A stretch of DNA of 20,430 nucleotides from an uncultured Pseudomonadota bacterium (GCA_913020725.1 CAJWCD010000062.1:1-20430), one strand, 5' to 3'; shown: positions 7,180 to 17,011, counted from the stretch's first letter. The notes: a model not told the origin generated them from the letters alone. Made by a program: numbers and translations.

Positions 7180-8259
7180 ATGAATCCAGACCATCTTCCC
7201 GACCTCCAACAAGCGCTGCTCGACTGGTTTGCCGAACACCAACGGCCTCTGCCGTGGCGACGGCAGTATCACCCCTACGAAATCTGGGTTTCGGAGATCA
7301 TGCTCCAACAAACTCAGGTCAAGACGATGTTGCCGTTCTACACACGCTGGATGTCGGAACTGCCAACAGTCCACTCGGTGGCCGCTGCTTCCGAAGAAAT
7401 GGTGCTGAAGCTCTGGGAGGGGTTGGGCTACTACTCTCGTGCCCGGAACCTCCAGAAGGCCGCACGAGTGATCTGCGACGAACACGGTGGTGAACTCCCA
7501 GCGGATTTCGATCACATCCGCGCCCTGCCCGGCATCGGCCCCTACACCGCTGGAGCACTTGCGAGCATCGCGTTCAACCAGCCTCGTCCGGTGGTGGACG
7601 GCAACATCGAGCGGGTGCTCTGCCGGATTGAGGGCATCGGCGAGCCGCCTAAATCCACCCCGGTGCAAAAGCAACTCTGGTCGCTCGCCGCCGAGTGGAT
7701 TTCGCACGGACACGCCCGCGAATTCAATCAAGGACTGATGGAACTTGGCGCCACACTTTGCACCCCCCGGAATCCGTCCTGCCTGCTCTGTCCGGTAAAC
7801 ACTTGGTGCGTCGCCTTCCACACAGGACGGACCGACACGATTCCGGTCCCCCGGGGACGTCCGGAGATCATTAGAATCGAGAAACTGACCGCATTGGTCC
7901 AGAACGGAGACTGTTGGCTGGTCCGGAAACGTCCGGAAGGCGGGCTGATGGGCGGGCTGTGGGAATTCCCAACTTGGGAGGAACTGCCCTCGGAAAACTC
8001 AGCAGCAGCGTGGTTGACACAGCAACTCCATGAGGATTACGGAGTCGCCGCTCGGATTGGCCCGGAGCTTTTCAAAATGGAACACGACTACACCCGCTTC
8101 CACGCCACCCTGCACTGCCGACTCTGCACCGTTGCTGAAATTCCATCCGTCCCGCCCGACAATGCGCAGTGGCTCACACTAGGTGAAATCTCGGAACTTG
8201 CGCTGCCTCGTGTCTTCCAACGCCTCCGGAAACGGTTGCTGGACGAAGCATCCGCATGA
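7180..8259 (+). CDS. mutY: A/G-specific adenine glycosylase MutY
   Basis: RPLPWR, WVSEIMLQQTQV, WEGLGYYSRARNL, HhH LPGIGPYTA, VDGNIERV, 4Fe-4S motif C-x6-C-x2-C-x5-C, C-terminal NUDIX-like GLWEFP. Confidence 0.97.
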   Translation: MNPDHLPDLQQALLDWFAEHQRPLPWRRQYHPYEIWVSEIMLQQTQVKTMLPFYTRWMSELPTVHSVAAASEEMVLKLWEGLGYYSRARNLQKAARVICDEHGGELPADFDHIRALPGIGPYTAGALASIAFNQPRPVVDGNIERVLCRIEGIGEPPKSTPVQKQLWSLAAEWISHGHAREFNQGLMELGATLCTPRNPSCLLCPVNTWCVAFHTGRTDTIPVPRGRPEIIRIEKLTALVQNGDCWLVRKRPEGGLMGGLWEFPTWEELPSENSAAAWLTQQLHEDYGVAARIGPELFKMEHDYTRFHATLHCRLCTVAEIPSVPPDNAQWLTLGEISELALPRVFQRLRKRLLDEASA

Positions 8260-8320
8260 GTTTTAACTTGCACCGCATCCCCGTCTCGTGGGATGAATAG
8301 GGTGTTTTCAGTGTTTTGAT

Positions 8321-8395
8321 TCACCACAGAGACGCAGAGAACACAGAGGGTTGTTTTTCCAATTTTACTCCACATGCTCTGTGGCTCTGCGGTGA
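8321..8395. repeat. Nonamer-based imperfect palindromic intergenic repeat (REP-like)
   Basis: Left arm TCACCACAGAGACGCAGAGAACACAGAG has CAGAG three times at a 9-nt period. Right arm CTCCACATGCTCTGTGGCTCTGCGGTGA is its degenerate reverse complement (16 of the outer 19 nt match). Confidence 0.7.
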
Positions 8396-8414
8396 TTTTC
8401 TCGCCCCTTGTTTG

Positions 8415-10031
8415 ATGACTTCACTCCAATTTTACTCGACTCCGGGAGCGCAATACCCGTCTGTCCAGCTCAACCCCAACCACCTCGCCTTTGATCCCAA
8501 ACAGCAGCGGGCTGTGCTGCTTCAGCTTGAGCGTCCGTGCTACGTCGTCCGAAGCCAAGGGCAAGTCAGCCTCTGCACCGACGAGGCGTTTCACGCCCCC
8601 AGCACTGCTGCGGAACTGCTGGCGCAAATACCCGCCGTGCAACCGAACCAGCTTGGCGATCCGGGCTTTCTCGCCGCGCATCAGGTGAGCTTGCCCTACA
8701 TGACAGGGGCAATGGCGAACGGCATTGCCTGTGAGGAGTTGGTTATCACTCTGGGACAGGCCGGGTTGCTGGGATCGTTTGGTGCTGCCGGACTCGTTCC
8801 TGCCCGCATTGAAGAAGCCATCCAGCGCATCCAGCACGCCCTGCCGCAGGGACCGTATGCTTTCAACCTCATCCACAGTCCCAATGAAGACGCGCTGGAG
8901 CGTTCCGGTTGCGAGTTGTTTTTGCGACACGGGGTACGGACGGTGGAAGCCTCGGCCTATCTCGATCTCACGCCACACATCGTGCGCTACCGAGTGGTAG
9001 GCCTGCAAACGACTTCGGACGGACGAATCTTTGCCAGTAACCGTGTGATCGCTAAAATTTCACGCACGGAAGTCGCCCGGAAATTCATGGAACCAGCTCC
9101 GCTCAAATGGCTTCAGCAACTTCAGTCGGAGGGTTTGATCACCGAGGAACAAGCCCGCATGGCGGCACAGGTGCCGATGGCCGACGACATCACCGTCGAG
9201 GCTGATTCCGGAGGGCACACGGATAATCGTCCACTGGTCGCTCTGCTGCCCTCGATTCTGTCACTACGAGATGAAATTCAGGCTGAACGCGACTATGCCA
9301 CCTCTATCCGGGTGGGGGCGGGGGGGGGGATTGGCACTCCGATGGCAGCGCTTGCCGCCTTTGCGATGGGCGCGGCCTACGTCACTACCGGATCGGTCAA
9401 TCAGGCTTGCCGAGAAGCTGCGGCATCCGCACACACCAAGCAACTGCTTGCGCAGGCTGGAATGGCTGATGTGGCGATGGCCCCCGCTGCCGACATGTTC
9501 GAGATGGGCGTGAAACTGCAAGTCCTCAAGCGCGGAACCATGTTCCCGATGCGGGCGCAGAAACTCTATGAATTTTACCGGAGTTGCGATGCCATTGACA
9601 CGATTCCCACTGCGGAGCGGGAGCGCCTAGAACAGCAGGTGTTCCGGCAGCCGCTGGAAGCGGTCTGGGAGGAGACGGTGCGCTTCTTCAACGAACGCGA
9701 CCCAGAGGTCATCGCCCGTGCTCAAAACCACCCCAAGCGCAAGATGGCGCTCATCTTCCGGTGGTACCTCGGCCTTTCCTCCCGCTGGTCGAACCACGGG
9801 GAAGACGGACGCGAAGCCGATTACCAAATCTGGTGCGGTCCCGCGATGGGAGCGTTCAACGACTGGGTGCGGGGGTCGTATCTGGAAGCTCCGGAGAACC
9901 GACGGGTCGTCGAGGTTGCGTGGCACCTGATGCTCGGAGCCGCCTTCCTCAACCGTGTGCAAATGCTTGGTGTGCAGGGGTTGCGGATGCCTGCCGCTTT
10001 AGGAGCATACACACCTGCGCCGTTCGGTTGA
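8415..10031 (+). CDS. pfaD: PfaD-family FMN-dependent enoyl reductase (PUFA synthase / polyketide trans-ER)
   Basis: LGDPGFL...YMTGAMANGIA, NLIHSP, VEASAY, IAKISRTEVA, DITVEADSGGHTDNRP, TGSVNQ, MAPAADMFEMGVKLQVLKRGT, NHPKRKMALIFRWY, DYQIWCGPAMGAFN. Start moved to ATG 8415 because the track's upstream extension runs through the palindromic repeat. Confidence 0.93.
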   Translation: MTSLQFYSTPGAQYPSVQLNPNHLAFDPKQQRAVLLQLERPCYVVRSQGQVSLCTDEAFHAPSTAAELLAQIPAVQPNQLGDPGFLAAHQVSLPYMTGAMANGIACEELVITLGQAGLLGSFGAAGLVPARIEEAIQRIQHALPQGPYAFNLIHSPNEDALERSGCELFLRHGVRTVEASAYLDLTPHIVRYRVVGLQTTSDGRIFASNRVIAKISRTEVARKFMEPAPLKWLQQLQSEGLITEEQARMAAQVPMADDITVEADSGGHTDNRPLVALLPSILSLRDEIQAERDYATSIRVGAGGGIGTPMAALAAFAMGAAYVTTGSVNQACREAAASAHTKQLLAQAGMADVAMAPAADMFEMGVKLQVLKRGTMFPMRAQKLYEFYRSCDAIDTIPTAERERLEQQVFRQPLEAVWEETVRFFNERDPEVIARAQNHPKRKMALIFRWYLGLSSRWSNHGEDGREADYQIWCGPAMGAFNDWVRGSYLEAPENRRVVEVAWHLMLGAAFLNRVQMLGVQGLRMPAALGAYTPAPFG

Positions 10032-10046
10032 AGCTTGGAGCGCAAG

Positions 10047-10076
10047 CCTCCGGAATCAATCGGAGGGGTTTTTCTT
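10047..10076 (+). terminator. Probable intrinsic terminator of pfaD, overlapping the end of the convergent XRE gene
   Basis: CCTCCG-gaatcaat-CGGAGG followed by GGTTTTTCTT. Confidence 0.45.
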
Positions 10077-10679
10077 GGCAGGAAAAAATTTGTTGAGTTC
10101 CGGGCTAGGTGTACCCATCAACGCACCGATCGTCGCGCCCATGATCCCCGCCATTGCTGCGCCGATGCCCACACTGGTGCCGACACTCAGCTTCACGGAA
10201 TCGTCCACAACCTCCAGCGTGTTCTGAGCAAGCTGCTGGTTGATCTGCATCGCAATCGCTCCTGCCCCCATTTGTGACGCCTTGACCTGCTGTCTGGGCA
10301 AACTGGAATTGGCGAGCTTATTGATTTCCTTGATGCTGTTGCTGAAGAACCGTTCTGAAAGTTCGGTGAAGGACTGCGCGTCCAAGCCCTCGATCATCTG
10401 GTGGAGCGTTTCGATTTCCTGACGCCCGAACAGCAGGAACACCGGGTTGACCTCCAGTGCAACTGCGATTCCGGTGATGGTCGAAAGCCGAGGGTCCACC
10501 TCACCCCGCTCGATCTGCGCAATGGCGGTGGTGGAGATTCCGGAATCCGCCGCAAGCTTTTCCTGCGTATAGTGTCGTCCCAGTAACTTGGCCTTCGCCT
10601 TGCGGGCTGAAACAATGTTTTTTGCCAGCATGGCCCGCAGCTCTTCTTTCGTCGATTCTGCTCGGTCTTCAGGTTCCAT
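10056..10679 (-). CDS. XRE-family (HTH_3) transcriptional regulator with C-terminal glycine-zipper-like hydrophobic segment
   Basis: TQEKLAADSGISTTAIAQIERGEVDPRLSTITGIAVALEV is a classic Cro/C1 HTH; C-terminal VGTSVGIGAAMAGIMGATIGALMG. ATG 10679 preferred; alternative TTG at 10706. Confidence 0.88.
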   Translation of the reverse strand: MEPEDRAESTKEELRAMLAKNIVSARKAKAKLLGRHYTQEKLAADSGISTTAIAQIERGEVDPRLSTITGIAVALEVNPVFLLFGRQEIETLHQMIEGLDAQSFTELSERFFSNSIKEINKLANSSLPRQQVKASQMGAGAIAMQINQQLAQNTLEVVDDSVKLSVGTSVGIGAAMAGIMGATIGALMGTPSPELNKFFPAKKNPSD

Positions 10680-10726
10680 AGCAACAGTGGTTTGGAATGG
10701 ATTCAACAGAATATGTCAGTTTTCTA

Positions 10727-10743
10727 TGATTCCAAAGGAATCA
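10727..10743. promoter_or_regulatory. Candidate operator (perfect 7-3-7 inverted repeat)
   Basis: TGATTCC-AAA-GGAATCA in the divergent XRE/parA intergenic region. Confidence 0.5.
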
Positions 10744-10812
10744 CAAGTAAAATATCGTTTTCTGTCTAAAGTTGGGAATCTCTGAAAAACGCAGCCAAGT
10801 GCCAGCGGCGAC

Positions 10813-10840
10813 TTGAATTCTGAGGGGGACACGCTAAACT
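10813..10840 (+). promoter_or_regulatory. Possible sigma70 promoter for parA
   Basis: TTGAAT-N16-TAAACT, 56 nt upstream of the GTG start. Confidence 0.35.
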
Positions 10841-10896
10841 TGTAAGATTGCTCAAGGAAGGGCGAAACACCGCACAGTATTCACCAAAGAGACGTT

Positions 10897-11688
10897 GTGA
10901 GCATCAAAATTGCGGTGATGTCCATGAAGGGCGGACAGGCGAAAACTACTCTCGCCACCAACCTCGCGGCCCGCATTGCCAAAGCCCGGCGAGACGTCCT
11001 GCTGATCGACGCAGACGTGCAGGCGAACGTCACCACCATCTTCCAGCGCGACCACGTTTGCAACCTTGCCAGCGTGTTGTCCGGACAGGTCCAGCACCTC
11101 GATTTCCTCAAGCTCGACCAGCATTTTTACATGCTCCCCTCCGGAGGGCCGTTACTGGTGGAGACCACCACCCAGCTCAGCCAGTCGCGCTACAGCGACA
11201 CCCTCCTTCGCCAACTGCTGACCCCTGTCAAACACGGTATCGTCATCATCGATACCGCTCCCAGTTGGAACAACCTGAGCCGCAATGTGCTGATGTACGT
11301 TGACTACATCATCATCCCGGCGGTTTCCGATTATCTCGGTTTCAGCGGTTGCGATCAGGTATTGTCTTACATCGAAAAGTTCCGTAACCAGGCAATGGGG
11401 CAGTGCAACGCCGAAGTCCTCGGCATCGCCCTCACGCGCTACAATCCGCGCACCAACCTTTCGCAGACCATCCGGAAAGGTCTCACGGGGCGCTGGCCAA
11501 TGTTGCTGTTCGAGAACGCCATCGAAGAGTCGGTTTCGATCCAAGAGGCTCCGGCCTTTCAGCAGACCATTTTTGACTACCGCAATGGACGCACACGCGG
11601 TGCCCAAATGTATGACACGCTTTGCAAGGAAATCATGCGGCGCATTGCCAAACGCCAGAAGGAGAAGCGCAATGGCGCGAGCGCTTAA
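10897..11688 (+). CDS. parA: ParA/Soj-family ATPase
   Basis: Deviant Walker A KGGQAKTT, LLIDADVQAN, Walker B IIDTAPS, IIIP, GIALTRYNPRT, SVSIQEAP...TIFDY; 263 aa, no N-terminal HTH. Confidence 0.92.
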   Translation: MSIKIAVMSMKGGQAKTTLATNLAARIAKARRDVLLIDADVQANVTTIFQRDHVCNLASVLSGQVQHLDFLKLDQHFYMLPSGGPLLVETTTQLSQSRYSDTLLRQLLTPVKHGIVIIDTAPSWNNLSRNVLMYVDYIIIPAVSDYLGFSGCDQVLSYIEKFRNQAMGQCNAEVLGIALTRYNPRTNLSQTIRKGLTGRWPMLLFENAIEESVSIQEAPAFQQTIFDYRNGRTRGAQMYDTLCKEIMRRIAKRQKEKRNGASA

Positions 11689-12427
11689 GCTGAACTTGCC
11701 TTCCCAGGCAGAGATTCGCCAAGAGGGGAATCCGGAGCCGACCAATTCCGTACTCGTGGAGGTGGGGCGTCTGCAACTGGAGTTCTTCGTCCCGGAACTG
11801 AAACTCGACGGGATTCCGCTGGAAGAAGGTTCCCCCCGTGTGCAGCAGGTCGTCCATAAAATCAATCAGTTCATTGAGAACATTGCGGATGACTATTTCC
11901 TGCTTGGGCTACACCTCATCGCCCTGCATCGACTGCTCAAGGATTCCGGACTCACCACCGACCAGGTGAAACTCTGGTACGCCGAGAGCGTCAACATGCC
12001 CTACTCCTCGGCGATGCAGTGCCGCAAAGTCGCGGAGGTGTACGAGGATCAACCGGAATTGATTGGACGCTACACCGCCTCCGGAGCTTACCTGCTCACC
12101 ACCTGCGCCAACCACGAAGAACGAGAGGCCGTCTGGCAGCAAGCCCGGGGCGACAAGGAGACACCGTCTGTTCGGGATTTACGAATCACGCTCCGGGAGT
12201 TCAAGGAGCAGCAACTGCTTCCGAAAATTGAGGAAGAGGACGTGGCGGTCGCCACATCGGTGCCGCAGTACCGCATGGGCACACAGCAGATTCACGAATC
12301 GCTTCAGCACCTGACTCGTTACTGCGAACAATTGTCCGCCAGCACCGATGACTCGGAACAACTCGAAATGCGGCAGGCGTTGCTCGAAGCCGTGCAGCGG
12401 TTACTGGAGCAAATGCAGGAGGTTTAG
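11672..12427 (+). CDS. Hypothetical ParA-partner protein (251 aa), possibly DUF3102-like helical DNA-binding protein
   Basis: ATG 11672 (MARALKLNLP...) preceded by AAGGAG and overlapping the parA 3' end by 17 nt. Segment FLLGLHL...W....VNMPYSSAMQCRKVAEVY...AYLL resembles the DUF3102 pattern by eye. No ParB GxxRxxA motif. Confidence 0.75.
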   Translation: MARALKLNLPSQAEIRQEGNPEPTNSVLVEVGRLQLEFFVPELKLDGIPLEEGSPRVQQVVHKINQFIENIADDYFLLGLHLIALHRLLKDSGLTTDQVKLWYAESVNMPYSSAMQCRKVAEVYEDQPELIGRYTASGAYLLTTCANHEEREAVWQQARGDKETPSVRDLRITLREFKEQQLLPKIEEEDVAVATSVPQYRMGTQQIHESLQHLTRYCEQLSASTDDSEQLEMRQALLEAVQRLLEQMQEV

Positions 12428-13416
12428 CTAGCCGACGTTTCCTCTCCGTGTGACCAGCGATCCAGCGCCAGCACCAGCACAAACCCTACGGTGGCCAGCC
12501 CTAGCGCCAACAACAGCCCGCCCTTCATCTCCGGAAGCACGTTCGCCTCGCGCAGGACGTACTCCTTGCCCCGGATCAACTCGGTTTCCAGCACCTCCTT
12601 CCACGGCCAAACCTTGCGCATTGCGCCGATCATCAATCCGGTGAGCAGTGCCATTGTGAGGTTCCGGAACCGTGCAAGGCAGAGATTGAGGATACGGGAA
12701 AAGCCGAGCAGACCCAGCCCGCACCCTGCGGCGAAAACCAGCAACATCAGCAAATTGCCCTCGTCAAAAGGATTACGGAGTGCTCCGGTGATGGTTGCAT
12801 ACTTGCCGAGGATGAGCAGCAGGAACGCCCCGCTGAGTCCGGGGAGGATCATCGCACAAATCGCCACCATTCCGCAGAGGAAAACGATACCGGGCGTGTC
12901 CGGGGTTTGCACCGGAATCAGTCCAACGGTGCCATAGGCGATCACGGTGCCCAACGTCAACATTGGTAGCCCACCCAGCCAATCGGTGATTTCTCGTCCA
13001 ACTACGAGGATCGACGCCACAATCAGCCCGCAAAACAGCGACCATGTTGGCACCGGATGGAGGGTCAGCAGGTCGTGCATCAGCCGCGCGGTGCTGATGA
13101 TCGCGGTGGCAATGCCGAGTCCCAAAGCAAGCAGGAAGCGCAGGTGGAGTCCGGCGAGAGTTTCGGTGAACTTGCCTCGTAGCAGACGACCTAAAGTGCT
13201 CAAATCAAACGAGGAGATGGCACAAAGCAGTTGGTCATAAATGCCAGTGATGAACGCGACCGTGCCCCCGGAAACTCCAGGCACGACATCGGCGGTGCCC
13301 ATCGCTGCTCCCTTAAGCATCAAGACTCCGGCGTCTCGCCACGATTGCGGACCGGGGCTCGCCTGCCACGCCTGCCGCCACCCCATAGGGCGCACCGATT
13401 CCGATTCTGAAGGCAT
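12424..13416 (-). CDS. DUF368-family membrane protein (undecaprenyl-phosphate translocase family)
   Basis: KGAAMGTADVVPGVSGGTVAFITGIYD and the repeated AICAMILPGLSGAFLLLILGKY motif; many TM segments; KVWPW. Confidence 0.92.
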   Translation of the reverse strand: MPSESESVRPMGWRQAWQASPGPQSWRDAGVLMLKGAAMGTADVVPGVSGGTVAFITGIYDQLLCAISSFDLSTLGRLLRGKFTETLAGLHLRFLLALGLGIATAIISTARLMHDLLTLHPVPTWSLFCGLIVASILVVGREITDWLGGLPMLTLGTVIAYGTVGLIPVQTPDTPGIVFLCGMVAICAMILPGLSGAFLLLILGKYATITGALRNPFDEGNLLMLLVFAAGCGLGLLGFSRILNLCLARFRNLTMALLTGLMIGAMRKVWPWKEVLETELIRGKEYVLREANVLPEMKGGLLLALGLATVGFVLVLALDRWSHGEETSAS

Positions 13417-13454
13417 ACTTTTTGGGTTGTGTGAGAAGAAAGGATGACTGCGAC

Positions 13455-13859
13455 TCAGACCAGCAAGGCCGATTCGCTTTCGGGCAGGTAGAAATGCTCT
13501 TGGTAAGATTGCTCCAGCAGTGCCTCGAAATGATCTTGGAACTCGTCATTCACCAAGCTGTCGCGCAGTTCGCGGCAGAAGAGCGGGAGTTCTCTAGGGT
13601 TGTCCACGCAGTTGCGCAGGAAACGGTTGACGAACACCTGCGTCTCCCAGAGGAATTCTTGCGATGACAGTTCCAGCAGCAAGTGATCCTTCTGACGAGT
13701 CTCAAAGAGCGACCAAGCAATTTCATCCACTAGCACAAAAAAATCTTCACCAAGCGCCTGCAACGCACTGACCTCCTGCTGGCTCATGTGCTGGGCGAGG
13801 TTGTCTCGGAAGGAGCGATAGGTGAAGCCGGAAGGTGAAACGGATACGGTGGAAAGCAC
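13455..13859 (-). CDS. Hypothetical protein (134 aa, acidic, likely helical)
   Basis: Fills the gap between co-oriented genes with protein-like composition; no recognised motif. Start uncertain (GTG 13859). Confidence 0.7.
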   Translation of the reverse strand: MLSTVSVSPSGFTYRSFRDNLAQHMSQQEVSALQALGEDFFVLVDEIAWSLFETRQKDHLLLELSSQEFLWETQVFVNRFLRNCVDNPRELPLFCRELRDSLVNDEFQDHFEALLEQSYQEHFYLPESESALLV

Positions 13860-13929
13860 GAAGATTTTGAGACGCTTGCGGTTGCGTTAACTTGTTTCCC
13901 TGCCATGCAAGGAGCATGACACGACCCAG

Positions 13930-14187
13930 CTACGCTTGCGCTTCCACCAGAATGGATTCCGGAATCAGCATCACCGGGATGTTATCACGGATGGGATAAA
14001 GCACCTTGCCGTCAGCCCGGAGCAGTCCGGACTCTAACAGCACTGTGACCGACTTGCCGTCTTTGCGGAGCAGGGTTTGTTCCTGAATGCGGGCGTTGAG
14101 TTGCTCGATCAAGGCGGAATCCGCCAAGGCGACGGGTTCCTTTGTCTCCGGGCAAACGAGTATTTTCAGCAGTTCCGGATCAATCAT
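13930..14187 (-). CDS. Trm112/YcaR-family protein
   Basis: MIDPELLKILVCPETK...YPIRDNIPVML signature, long-insert variant. Confidence 0.9.
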   Translation of the reverse strand: MIDPELLKILVCPETKEPVALADSALIEQLNARIQEQTLLRKDGKSVTVLLESGLLRADGKVLYPIRDNIPVMLIPESILVEAQA

Positions 14188-14237
14188 CACAGCAAGAAAA
14201 GAGATGCCCTTGGGAAACTAGAGGGGCGAAGCGAGTG

Positions 14238-14666
14238 TCAGCCAAATTGCGAAACCTGCTGGCGCACAAGCGCCCGCTTGAACTTGGCCTCGTACTTCGA
14301 GAGTCGCTGCTGTTCGGCTTCCCAGTTGTCTCCGGACACGCTGAGGCTGGAGAGGGTTTCGCGGGCACGGGTCTCGGCTTGCTGGGCACGATCCACGTCA
14401 ATCTCGTGGGCGCTTTCCACAAGTTCGGCCAACACGGACACACGATCCGCCTCGACTTGCGCGTAGCCCCAGTGAACCGCCAGCGCACGGGTTTCACCCT
14501 TGCTGCTGTAGGAAAGGACTCCGGTGTCCAACGTCGTCACCAACGGGATGTGCTCCGGAAGAATCCCAAGCTCCCCCTCGCTTCCCGGCAAGGTCACAGA
14601 TTCCACCGCCACTTCCAGAACCTTGCGGCTCGGAGTCACGACTTCCAGTTGCATCGTTTCAGGCAT
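14238..14666 (-). CDS. atpC: F1Fo ATP synthase epsilon subunit
   Basis: LEVVTP...LPGSEGELGILPEHIPLVTTL...GYAQV...VLAE...EIDVDRA. Confidence 0.96.
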   Translation of the reverse strand: MPETMQLEVVTPSRKVLEVAVESVTLPGSEGELGILPEHIPLVTTLDTGVLSYSSKGETRALAVHWGYAQVEADRVSVLAELVESAHEIDVDRAQQAETRARETLSSLSVSGDNWEAEQQRLSKYEAKFKRALVRQQVSQFG

Positions 14667-14716
14667 TTTAGCTGCTTCCTTGGAAAATCAACGTTTGCAG
14701 TTCAACTACTTCTCGA

Positions 14717-16159
<1,443 letters not shown>

Positions 16160-17011
16160 TCAGAGGCTTTCGGAGCCGCTGATGATTTCGATCAATTCCG
16201 TGGTGATCGCCGCCTGTCGTGAGCGGTTGTAATAAAGCTGGAGCTTGTCAATCATCTCCCCTGCGTTCTTGGTCGCCGCCTCCATCGAAGTCATGCGGGC
16301 AGCGTGCTCTCCAGCGAGGATATCCAGCCATGCCGTGAAGACACAATTCTGCACATACTTTTGCAACAACGCGCCGAGAATCTGCTCTGGAGACGGCTCG
16401 AAGAGTACCTCGCGTTCGTCGGTTTCTTCGGCCTCCGGAGGTTCGATCGGGAAGAGGGTCTCGATCGTGGGTTGCTGGGTCAAGACACTGACAAAGTGGC
16501 TGTAAACCAATAACACACGGTCCAGTTCTCCAGCGACGAAGCGTTCCATCATCAGACCCACCACCTCATTGATCACCCTCGGGCGTTCTCCCGGAGGAGT
16601 GTCACCATAATGTTTAATGATGGTGTGCGAGGAGCGTTTGATGAAATCGTTGCCCTTGCGACCCACCGTCACAAACTGGGCATCGCTCACTCCGCTCTCG
16701 GTCAACTGCCGAAGCACGGTACGGCAGAGGTTCGTGTTGAACCCACCACACAACCCACGGTCGCTTGTCAACAAGATGACCCCCGTACGGTTGCTCGTGG
16801 GCTCACGGAACAGAGGGTTATCGTCCTCGCCGAAACGGGAACTGAGCGAAGACACCACCCGCTTGAGTTGGGCGGAGTAAGGGTTGGCCGCCTTGGAAGC
16901 GATCTCGGCTCGCCGCAGTTTGGCCGCCGAGACCATCTTCATGGCGCTGGTGGTCTTCTGCGTTTTCTTGACGCTGGTGATGCGGTTGCGAATATCCTTG
17001 AGACTCGGCAT
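16160..17011 (-). CDS. atpG: F1Fo ATP synthase gamma subunit
   Basis: Starts MPSLKDIRNRITSVKKTQKTTSAMKMV at ATG 17011; TSDRGLCGGFN; EHAARMTSM; RQAAITTELIEIISG. Confidence 0.98.
   Translation of the reverse strand: MPSLKDIRNRITSVKKTQKTTSAMKMVSAAKLRRAEIASKAANPYSAQLKRVVSSLSSRFGEDDNPLFREPTSNRTGVILLTSDRGLCGGFNTNLCRTVLRQLTESGVSDAQFVTVGRKGNDFIKRSSHTIIKHYGDTPPGERPRVINEVVGLMMERFVAGELDRVLLVYSHFVSVLTQQPTIETLFPIEPPEAEETDEREVLFEPSPEQILGALLQKYVQNCVFTAWLDILAGEHAARMTSMEAATKNAGEMIDKLQLYYNRSRQAAITTELIEIISGSESL

Noticed and set aside
8271..8309. Hairpin CATCCC/GGGATG after mutY as a terminator
   Set aside because: Short stem with no directly adjacent U tract; too weak to call.
8316..8414. N-terminal extension of PfaD in the ORF track
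   Set aside because: It is a translation of the palindromic repeat; ATG 8415 is more plausible.
10927..10950. ParA Walker A KGGQAKT (Ala in place of Gly) as an inactive variant
   Set aside because: That position varies in functional ParA proteins and both lysines are retained.
11300..11671. Extended 375-aa version of the ParA partner
   Set aside because: Overlaps parA out of frame with S/R/P-rich junk; an RBS supports ATG 11672.
13906..13921. sigma54-like TGTCATGCTCCTTGCA upstream of the 134-aa gene (minus strand)
   Set aside because: The invariant -24 GG is GT here.
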